Origin: Zygophlyctis sp. KS116
Lineage: Eukaryota > Fungi > Chytridiomycota
Length of the DNA: 32,000 nucleotides
Reading direction: 5' to 3'
Assembly: GCA_054661495.1 (NCBI GenBank)
Contig: BAAFSQ010000075.1
Span: forward strand, 1 to 32,000
Shown: piece after piece, positions 22,909-32,000 of the stretch
Layout of the letters: every line of letters begins with the position of its first letter
Numbering within the stretch: the first letter of the stretch is position 1
The notes under the pieces: model-generated
What the model was told of the DNA's origin: nothing
The model's input: only the letters and a program-made list of their open reading frames with translations
Database searches by the model: none
Position numbers and translations under genes: made by a program

Positions 22909-23267
22909 TTTTTAAACTGATGATCTGTCAAAGCAATTGTGGGCAAGTGATTCAAAGCATTAAGCTGCGTAGATTTTGCAATTTGTAAATATTATCTGTA
23001 TGACTTGTGATACTAAAATACTTTTCTAAATTTAAATCAGCATTCATTAAATCCAGTATACCACTGCTCATTCAAAACTACGGAGAAATCTAACCGACTT
23101 ATCCCTAAAAACGACATGATCGTGGATCGGATTGCATTTAGACTATAGAGCATTAAAGAATTAAATATATGCACAATAGATCGGCTAAGAAGCATGTCGT
23201 TCAGATACATAATGCATCATATATCTGCAAATTCAAAGACTGAGCGTTTAGGAGCTGAAGTGAAGAA

Positions 23268-24448
23268 ATGTCGTCAATCTTGGAAAAGATCAAGGATATA
23301 GAAAATGAAATGGCCAAGACCCAGAAAAACAAGGCCACATCTCATCATTTAGGTATCTTAAAGGCAAAGCTAGCAAAATTAAGGAGAGAGGTATTTAATT
23401 GTGGGTTAATGTTAGTTGCTCACTCCGACATCATCAGGAGGAGGACCGGGAGTTGGATTCGATGTGGCAAAAACAGGTGTAGCTAGAATCGGATTTGTTG
23501 GATTTCCTGTAATAATGCATTCTTAAATTTTAGTCTGTTGGAAAATCAACTCTTATGTCCAAGTTAACAGGAACACATTCAGAAGTTGGGGCTTATGAAT
23601 TCACTACTCTTACGACTGTGCCAGGTGTTATACAATACAAAGGAGCTAAAATTCAAATGCTTGATCTCCCTGGGATTATAGAAGGGGCAAAGGATGGGAA
23701 AGGTAGAGGACGACAAGTTATTGCAGTAGCTAGAACATGTTCTCTTATTTTCATTGTTTTAGATGTTTTAAAGCCTTTAGGGGATAAAAAGGTTATAGAA
23801 AGAGAATTGGAAGGATTTGGAATTAGACTTAACAAGAAGCCACCAGCTATAACCTTTCGCAAAAAAGAAAAAGGTGGAATAAACATGACAAGTCAGGTTG
23901 CATTGAGTCATCTAAGTCAAGACTCTGTAAAGGCTATTTTAAGTGAATATAAAATACACAATGCAGATATCTCTTTTAGATGTGATGCTACTGCTGATGA
24001 GCTAATTGATGTTTTGGAAGGGTATATATTTTTTTTCTAATGTTTTAGAAATCGTATATACATTCCTTGTATTTACGTACTAAACAAGATTGATCAAATT
24101 TCAATCCAAGAATTAGATATTATTTACAAAATTCCACATTCTATACCTATTTCTAGTCATCATGAATGGAATTTTGATGATTTGTTGGCCAAAATGTGGA
24201 GTTATCTGGATCTAGCTAGAATTTACACAAAGCCAAAAGGACAATTACCAGATTATACCCAACCTGTTGTTTTAAAGCGTGGATCATGCTCTGTTGAAGA
24301 TTTTTGTAATTCTATCCACAAGCATATCCTCAAAGATTTTAGAAATGCTTTAGTTTGGGGAAGTTCAGTAAAGCATAATCCCCAAAAGGTTGGAAAGGAG
24401 CATATCTTGGAAGATGAGGACGTTGTCCAGATTCTTAAAAAGATTTAA
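23268..24448 (+). CDS. RBG1: DRG-family GTPase Rbg1/DRG1, 4 exons
   Basis: [49 protein letters not shown] and a TGS domain. Introns 23391-23415, 23509-23533 and 24022-24048. Confidence 0.97.
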
Positions 24449-24573
24449 TAGACTATTTTTTTAAAAAATCTATTTCTGACCCATTAAACTATTCCCTCTT
24501 TTTAAAGATGATAGAGCTGTTAAATTTATAATAAAGTGTTGGAATTTGATACATTCTCATTACATACCAAGAA

Positions 24574-25200
24574 TTATTTATCCTTTCCTCGCATTTGAGT
24601 CATCCCAAATAGCCATTTTTGGTAAAGAGCAGCAGTGAGATTAACCCTCGGTTCTTTCATCAACTCTTCTAAAATTTCATAATGTCCATTTTTAGCCGCA
24701 AATCTTACAGCCTCATTATTAAGCGCAGCTGCATTAACTCTACGATCTTTTAGTAGCCTCTTAACAGTATTCAAATCACCATAACTAGCAGCTAATCTGA
24801 TTGTAATATTCTTATCTATAGCCGGATCAACTCGATCATCCTCTAAAAGTACTCTAACTATATTAAAATGCTGTCCGTGAGCAGCCATTCTGAGAGCCTC
24901 ACTTTCACATGCTGTCGGATCAACTCGAGAGTCCTTTAATAATCTCTCTACAATATCCACTTGACCATGACTGGCTGCTTGACGGATAGTAATATTATTC
25001 CCTATACTTGGATCTATTTCAGGATCTTTTAATAACTCTCTGACAGAGTCAAACTTTCCCTCTTCAGCTTGCTTGATGAGCCTTTTACCCAACGATTCCT
25101 GTTCCACTGCCCCTGGTTTTGATCTGCTTGATAATAACTTGGAATAAATAAGTGTCTGTAATTGATTCTTTCTAAATGCAAGTGATGATCTGACAAACAT
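24574..25200 (-). CDS. Ankyrin-repeat protein (D.RVDP-type repeats) with a putative mitochondrial presequence
   Basis: Four to five 34-aa repeats N.(T/A)IR.AA..G...V..LL.D.RVDP. The N-terminus is R/K/S/L-rich with no acidic residues for about 30 aa. Confidence 0.85.
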   Translation of the reverse strand: MFVRSSLAFRKNQLQTLIYSKLLSSRSKPGAVEQESLGKRLIKQAEEGKFDSVRELLKDPEIDPSIGNNITIRQAASHGQVDIVERLLKDSRVDPTACESEALRMAAHGQHFNIVRVLLEDDRVDPAIDKNITIRLAASYGDLNTVKRLLKDRRVNAAALNNEAVRFAAKNGHYEILEELMKEPRVNLTAALYQKWLFGMTQMRGKDK

Positions 25201-25253
25201 TCTCTTGATCTGTTTCTGCGCAAGTCTTAGGTGTATCCGACACTTAAGTAGAG

Positions 25254-25994
25254 ATGCGAATCACATTCTTGGATCATTTAAAGAGCTTATCAAACAAAGT
25301 GTTGCAATTCAAGCCATTTATTGAATGGAAATCAAAGATAGAAAATCTAAACCAAATTGAAACCATGGAAATTATAGTCTCTGATGTTGATTTGTTTGGT
25401 GATAAAGTTGGATTTGTGAAAGCAAAGGCAATCTCAAAATCTAAAGATTCTAATCATTTAATTCCTGGTATATCATTTTTAAGAGGAGGATCTGTGTCTA
25501 TACTTTGTATATTATATCCTACTCAAGATTGTCAAGAAGAACCTAGAGTTATTCTTACTCAACAGGCCCGTTTACCTATTGGATCAGGCAATTTACTGGA
25601 ATTGCCTGCTGGAATGTTGGATGAATCAGGTGATTTCTCAGGAATCGCAGCCCAAGAATTAAAGGAAGAATGTGGACTTTTAATAGGTAGTGATCAATTA
25701 ATAGACTTGACTGCGTTGGCTTTTGATTCAGAACAATGGATGTATCCAAGTGCGGGAGGTTGTGATGAATTTGTAAAATTATTTCTATATAGAGAAAAGA
25801 AACCATTGACTGATATTCTTGCTCTAGAAAATCGTTTGACTGGATTGATTGAACACGGTGAGCGAATACATTTGCGTATTGTTAAACTATCTCAAGTTTG
25901 GAAGATTACACGGGATGTTAAAGCACATTGTTCACTTTATTTATTAGATCAACTTCAAAGAGAAGGGATATTAAAAGAGTTTCTAAATGATTAG
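25254..25994 (+). CDS. Nudix hydrolase (ADP-sugar/ADP-ribose pyrophosphatase-like)
   Basis: ELPAGMLDESGDFSGIAAQELKEECGL Nudix box, plus DVDLFGDKVGFVK, PGISFLRGGSV and YPSAGGCDE motifs. Confidence 0.92.
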   Translation: MRITFLDHLKSLSNKVLQFKPFIEWKSKIENLNQIETMEIIVSDVDLFGDKVGFVKAKAISKSKDSNHLIPGISFLRGGSVSILCILYPTQDCQEEPRVILTQQARLPIGSGNLLELPAGMLDESGDFSGIAAQELKEECGLLIGSDQLIDLTALAFDSEQWMYPSAGGCDEFVKLFLYREKKPLTDILALENRLTGLIEHGERIHLRIVKLSQVWKITRDVKAHCSLYLLDQLQREGILKEFLND

Positions 25995-26026
25995 ATCAAG
26001 TGAATTAGAGCCCTAAGTATTATAAG

Positions 26027-27201
26027 ATGACGGCGATAAACGATCCTGCTTTTGCTGTATCAGTCAGTGTTATTAAGCAATTTCTAAAAGATCAAGAAAT
26101 GTTTGAGACTCTAAATAGTTTTGAGAAAGAATTATCGCAAAAGAATTTGGAATTTAATAATCTTGAAATCCCTTCACTTTTACAATTGACTCAAGGATTC
26201 TTGGATTTGGAACTCAAGGAATGCATCAGCTCTAAAAATTCAACTATAGACAGATCGGTCGGATTTCCTGTTTTAAAAGATTCAATCAAGAGCTCTGCAT
26301 CTGTGGTCTCATGTGTTTGCTCAGATTCAGCATTGGTAATCGGTTCAACGGACAAAGTTGTTCGCATTTACAAAGATTTTAACAATGAGCCGATACATCA
26401 AATTAAGCAAGATCAGGTGGTACTATGTATGGATATTTGTAATGATTTATTATTGACTAGTGGAATGGCGGGTCAAACTCAACTTTTTAATCTAAAAACA
26501 CTTGAAATCGTTTTCAAATTAAAAGATCATACAAAGTATGTTTCAAGCTGTGGATTTTCAAAAGATGGCAATATGTTTTATACTGGATCGCATGATGGAT
26601 TTTTGAAAATTTACGATTTGGATCAGTCTGAACAAACTCAAAAGATGTCGCATTCTAAACAGTTCAAAGGTGCTATTGAAAGCTGTTGTATGGCTGATGA
26701 TGTATTGATATTTTATTTGATCATTAGTTGGTATATGTCTCTGTAAGAGGAGATTGCTTTATTCATGTGTTAAATTTAAAGGATTTTACATGCCTTGAAA
26801 GAAATATGAACAGCAATGGAGATGACTGGGTATCATTTACAGCTCTTCATTTGTCCATATCTCCTGATGGATCTAATCTCTTAATATTAACAGATACGCC
26901 AGCTGGAAGGTTTTTAGTTTTCAATACGTTAACTTGGAAAAAGGTCGCAGATATTTGGGGTGGTCTTACTGTAGATCGCTTTTCTCATCCAAGGGGGATG
27001 TGGATTGACTCAAGACATTTTTGTATTGGAGATGATGACGGCTATTTATCGTTATGGAACGTAGATGAATCAAAACACATTGGGAAGACTCGTGCTCATG
27101 AAGCAGCTATTAGAAGTTTTGCAAGATTTGGATCTTACTTATATGTAGGATCTTTTGATCATGGCGTTAGTTTATGGGATTTTAGAGAAAACGATGTATA
27201 A
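26027..27201 (+). CDS. LisH + WD40-repeat protein, 2 exons (26-nt intron 26702-26727)
   Basis: N-terminal IKQFLKDQEMFETLNSFEKE (LisH-like). WD repeats HTKYVSSCGFS..G..FYTGSHDG.LKIYD and AHEAAIRS...GSFDHGVSLWD. Confidence 0.85.
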
Positions 27202-27226
27202 CACATTATATTTTTTAAACAGGATC

Positions 27227-28116
27227 CTATTTCTTTTGAGGACTGAGAATTCCTTCTAATTGCGTCTGTTTCATAAAAAATTGTAACATTAAATACCTTT
27301 AATTGCACATTTGTCTTTTTTAAGAATGCAATTTCTTCAGAGTGTTTTCTTTCTTCCATTGCCCTTCTTTCTCCTTCACGTTTCTCAATAGCCTCACATT
27401 TTGTTTTCAATTCTAGAACCTGCTGATCAAGCCCCTTTTTCTCTTCTTCAAGTTCTTTGATCTAAAAATATTAATAAAAAATATTATACTCTTGCTTCCA
27501 TATCTGCCTTTCCTTGTTCAGCTTGTAGAGCCTTTCTCATACCAAATGCCACGCTGCTTTCATACAATGTTTGATAAGCAGCGATGGACATTCGAATCTC
27601 ATCTCTGATTCTAAGAAGGAGAAGTCCTCGCTCCTGGCATGATATTGTCACTTGGCGAATCAGTTCATCTATTGATTAACCTTTCACGATCTTACCAAAA
27701 GCCTGACCATACAGTTCTCTGCGGACTGGGCAAATTCCTGTTTCTCGAGCCTGTCTCTTTTGAAGCATTTGATCTAATTGTTCCTATAATTACACAGATC
27801 TGATAATACCTGGAGGTTAATCACATCTAAACGCGTTGCTGGAGTTGACGAAACTTTCTGGACCCAAAGTTGCCCTGTTTCTTCCCATTCGCTAATCACA
27901 TCATGGATTATAATCATACCGAGGAGGCAAAATAGAATTCAGAATATCTTCTGTCTGAGTTGGACTTTTTGGTCTGGTCTTATCTTCAACCGGCGGAAGT
28001 TTTTTTGGTGCTTTCTTGTTATCAGCAGCTCTCACAGAACCAGTCTTTGATGCATCGGTTCGAGACACTAGTACTGGATTGTCATATTTAATTAGAGATG
28101 CAGAAGTTTGTATCAT
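27227..28116 (-). CDS. DNALI1: Axonemal inner dynein arm light chain p28, 6 exons
   Basis: SLIKYDNPVLV, TEDILNSILPPREWEE.GQLWVQKVSSTPATRLDVINLQEQLD, RQARETGICPVRRELY, AYQTLYESSVAFGMRKALQAEQGK. Confidence 0.96.
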
Positions 28117-28185
28117 TTTAGAAATGACGTTTCCTCAAGAAATTCCCGATTTCAACTCAAAGAGAAAATGCAATATTCTAAAAAT

Positions 28186-30047
28186 TTATAAATTTAACTG
28201 CCTCCTTATATTAAGTACTTCAAGCATTGATGATGCATGTTCTTGTTCCATCTGATCTAAATCTTGCAGATGAGGGATTTGTTTCTGAGGGATAACGGGC
28301 AGATCTACACCCGTTTTAATATTTACTTTTATCGGTTTTTTAATTGATTGGGCATATTCCTTCATTCTATTCCTTTTTTCTATTCCTTTGGCAGCCTCCT
28401 GTGCGGAATAATTGGTATGAATTTGTGGGAGAATTATTTGTCCGCTTCCTGATGAAGGTCGACTTAAACTTTTCTGATGCATTTTTTCCGACAAGGTTTT
28501 TCTTAATTGTTCTGCATATTCAAGCTGTCTATTTTTTCTCTCGAGCTATATGTTATATTCTAAGAACTGATTACCTGTGCTCTATAACTATCACTATCTT
28601 TGTCAGGGCCTAATCTACCCAATTTAACAGGAATGAATTTGTTCTTTGTCTTTGAAATGGACGAAGACCTATCCATGGACATGATTGAAGATCCTGGTCG
28701 ACTTGAAAAAATACAACTATGAGCAACAGAATCCACCGGGGAACTATTACGATTGTAGCATATGGGGCTAGCTGTATTAGTATTATATGAAACATTTTTG
28801 TTTGGGATTAACGAGTACTGGTGGTATTCATTTGAATCTAATTATTATTGGCGCTTTGAATTACATTTAATTGTTCTATTATTTGAGAGTGGTGTTTTAT
28901 CTATTTCAGATGAACTATTAGTTTCCGAATGATTAAATGAATTTAAAATGATATTTGAGATGATATTTGGTTCAGATTTAGAGCGATCTTGTAATAAATT
29001 CTTCGACTGTAGGCTTTTTTGAATTTGAAAAGGGGTAAGAGCTGTTTTAGCGGCATTTTTTGCGCTGAAAACATTTGATATTGTGTCCCGAGCAGAACTT
29101 TTCTCAGCAGAATTTGTCATTTGCCTTTGATGTGGTATGAAAGGTAATATTTTCTTCGCATAAGTACTTCCTGAAGTAGTCTCTCTAGAATTTTCCAAAA
29201 TTTGAATAGATGCTTCCTGTACCAATTCATCTTCAAATGACTTTTTCTGAATATCATTCTGGTTACAGAGAATCTGTTTTGGCGGAGATATGTCGTACAG
29301 TCTTAGTATTTCAGGTGATATAACTCTTTTCTTAAAAGAAGATGAATGGCAGTGGTTTAAAGCCGGGGAAATTAAGTTTGAAACTTTTAAAAGCAATTCA
29401 ACTGTCCACTCTATACCCGGATATATATGTTCAGCAACTAATAGTTCCATTTGAGATGCAACAGAGTCATTGTTCAATGGATTAGTATCAGAATCATCCG
29501 GATCTGTTGCAGAGAAATCTTGGCGGATCGCTTTATCGTTTAGATCATCATTATCAGTTTCTTTGCAAATTTCATCATTCGAAATTTCTTGTGAAATTAA
29601 CACAGGTTGATCATTGGAGACGCCTTCTTTTTTCCTAAATATCATCATACTCAAAATTACCGGGGTATATTAGGCCTTTGTTGAATATTTTGGTCATTAT
29701 TGACTTTCGAAAGAGTTGCCTTTAAAGTTTCAATGTTTATATTTTCTGTTGATAAAGATGATGATTTAAATTGCTGGGCAGTTTTGATGATGGCCTCGTT
29801 TGTTAAATTATTTGATATTTCTCTAGATTTTCTATCCCATAGCTTCACTTTACGTTTATCTTTCCATTTTCTAGTAATTAAAGGAATTTCCCTTGATCTC
29901 AAAGACTTGATCAGTTGATTTTTTCCAAGATCATCATTGGCAATCTTATGAACTGTTCCATCTTTTCCGGTAATCTTGGCTTTAGATCCTAACTATTGAT
30001 TTAACATTAAAACGATTTACCCTCTCAAGAAAATTGGAATTGCTCAT
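28186..30047 (-). CDS. JHY: JHY (C11orf63)-like cilia-associated protein, 5 exons
   Basis: Introns of 28, 26, 27 and 29 nt join ORFs 29657-29902, 28845-29654 and 28186-28494. C-terminal KLGRLGPD...RKNRQLEYAEQLR, KRNRMKEYAQSIKKP and L..MEQEH......V..IR resemble the conserved JHY blocks as I recall them. Confidence 0.65.
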
Positions 30048-30110
30048 ACTAAACGGAGATTTAGCAACAAATGTTCCGTATTTATTCTTTGGTTAATTAA
30101 ATGATCTAAA

Positions 30111-31842
30111 CTAACGGATCGCTAATTTAGATGTCGCGATTGCTAAATCTTCATCTTCAATCTTCTTTTTCGCTTTTGGCTTTGCCTCAAATGTTTTCCA
30201 AAACTTTAAACTTTCATCAGCTGCGCAAGTCGCCAATGTCTGACCGTCTGGGGACAATGAACTGTGAAGAATTCTAGTATCATGGCCTTCTAAATCTGCT
30301 ACTTTGTTTAGAGATGGATATGACCATATTGTTAGATGGTTATTAGGGAATCCATGAGTAGAAACAAGCTCTTTATATTCTCTTGACCACTGAAGAGACG
30401 TTACTTGCGACTCTGTAAGGATTGATGCGATTTTCCCACTAGTCGAAGTATTCCAAAAATTAATAGTTTTATCATTTGAACCTCCTCCTGTACAGAGAAG
30501 ATTAAGTTGCCATGGGCACCAAGCAATCGCCTAGATATTCATTCTAACTTTATTATACCTTTACAGCAGCTGTATGATTTCCTTTAGTCATTTTGGGCTG
30601 AGATGATCTAGCATCCCAAATATTTACTAAATTATCATTTCCTCCACTTGCTAAAAGCTGACCATCTGGTCTCCATTTTAATCCACAAACTTCAGCCGTA
30701 TGCCCACTAAATTCTCAAGATAAAGAAATTACATTAATTCACTAACCTTGTGTCTTGCAATACGTACATCATGATTCCAAATACTCCCATCTCTAGATCC
30801 AGAAGAGACAATATGTTTATCCCATGATAATACTCCTACTCTAGTAGCTCTTCCTTTCATTGATCTTATTTTTGATCCAGAATCAACATCCCATATCTGT
30901 GTATCCCCTGAATTTAATCCTACTGCTAGATATGATCCATCTGTTGTCCATTGTAAAGATGTAATTGGATCGGTCTCAACAGAAGATAAAAATTCCTGAA
31001 CTGCTCCAGAATTCGCATCCCATAAATAAACAGTATTTTCTAATCCTACAGCTAATAAATTTCTCTGAGACCAATCCAAAAGATTAAGATAATAATCATC
31101 CCTATATATTAGAAACCAATAAATTAGATCTTACACCATCCCTGGTGCATCCAAAACTCTTTCAGCCGAAGCTGGAATTTTTCGTTTTGCATTTTTGCTG
31201 TTTGGACCTTTTAATGGCCTATTCCATGTAGTTCTCAAATCTTCTTTTTTTGCCATTGGAGGCTGATCTTTAAATGCCAAAATACGTTGATCTAAAGCCA
31301 ATCCACACGCTTTAGCCATTTCCTCTTGATAAGTAAGAGTATCTACATCCAAATGTTTTGATTGACCATGGTCTAATAAATTAAATTGCGAAGAGACCAT
31401 ATCCATAATTTGACGATTTGGAATAAATCGATCATACTATTTTTTTACAAATACTGTATACCTTTTTCTGCTCTGATTTTTTCTTACAAGGCGAGTCTGA
31501 TGCAATAGGACCAATTGCCTCTTTCTTTAAATTAGATTTTTTAGGTGTATTAGATCTCTTATCAAGAATCTTTTGACTTAATGGAGATAACACTTGAGAA
31601 GTTCGCGTCCTTGTCTCCTTGGAACCACTTGATACAGTTTTTGACGGTGAGCCTGTAATATGAACAGTCTTTTGAAGTGGTGATATATTATTTTTACGTA
31701 ATGGGGAATTCGCAACCTTTTTATCAAGCGGCGAACCTGTTCTGTTGAGTCTACGAGGTGTTTTCGCCAATGCATGCTGGACAGACTTTTGCCACATTGG
31801 AGACAGTCCTTGGATTGGAGACTTTGACTTTGGAGTATTCAT
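30111..31842 (-). CDS. CDC20: APC/C activator Cdc20/Fizzy, 5 exons
   Basis: C-box DRFIPNR, RILAF, ERVLDAPG.VDDYYLNLLDWS, WD40 repeats (GHTAEVCGLKW, AVKAIAWCPW) and an IR tail (LAIR*). Introns of 25, 33, 26 and 28 nt. Confidence 0.96.
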
Positions 31843-31847
31843 TTTTA

Positions 31848-31857
31848 ACCGCGAAAT
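31848..31857 (-). promoter_or_regulatory. TTTCGCGG (E2F/SCB-like) site a few nt upstream of the CDC20 ATG
   Basis: Sense strand reads AATTTCGCGGTTAAAAATG. Confidence 0.4.
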
Positions 31858-32000
31858 TGACCGATATTATCAATGTAAAACCTGATAAATCAATTAAAAA
31901 TCAAAAATTTTATTCTAAAATCTAAAACAAAAGCGATGACTAACCTGGTTGATTATTCTAATGTAGATCTCTTGCAGGCTTTGGGCTTCGAGAAAATTTT

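Noticed and set aside
2750-29918. Short antisense or alternative-frame ORFs in the track (e.g. 2750-2959, 5519-5707, 9621-9803, 12720-12995, 20833-21123, 23653-23886, 28344-28613)
   Set aside because: They are shadows of confidently identified genes on the opposite strand or another frame, with no recognisable motifs.
30491-30520. TACAGAGAAGATTA...CATGG resembling the U6 snRNA ACAGAGA box
   Set aside because: It is the antisense of conserved CDC20 codons (WCPWQLNLLCTG), and the rest of U6 is absent.
191-31842. Apparent frameshifts and premature stops suggesting pseudogenes or an alternative genetic code
   Set aside because: Nearly every break is explained by a 23-33 nt GT-AG intron, and the spliced proteins are intact under the standard code.
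1-32000. CRISPR arrays, transposons, rRNA, prokaryotic operons or defence systems
   Set aside because: No repeat-spacer arrays, transposase/RT motifs or rRNA-like sequence were seen. The content is eukaryotic and intron-containing.

Overview
AT-rich, extremely compact eukaryotic nuclear DNA. It is most consistent with a zoosporic (chytrid-like) fungus: fungal-type ATP18, PCK1 and CDC37 occur together with flagellar/ciliary genes DNALI1/p28, AHI1 and JHY-like. The ORF track is fragmented because most genes are split by ultra-short spliceosomal introns. I could splice about 80 by hand, all 23-33 nt. Reconstructed content is 21 protein-coding genes and one tRNA-Gln(TTG): DONSON, RPC17, BUD32, VMA9, mitochondrial L11, a ~1,900-aa orphan alpha-solenoid, a cyclin, CDC25, AHI1, CDC37, ORC5, ATP18, PCK1, a secreted/membrane orphan, RBG1/DRG1, an ankyrin protein, a Nudix hydrolase, a LisH-WD40 protein, DNALI1, JHY-like and CDC20. 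Spacers are often under 100 nt and one gene pair overlaps. The main points are the mini-intron system, a probable non-canonical GA-AG intron in BUD32, a CDC25-cyclin tandem that one 40-nt GT-AG splice would fuse in frame, enrichment of cell-cycle genes, and CGCG motifs just before start codons. Family assignments come from recognising motifs by eye, not from database searches.
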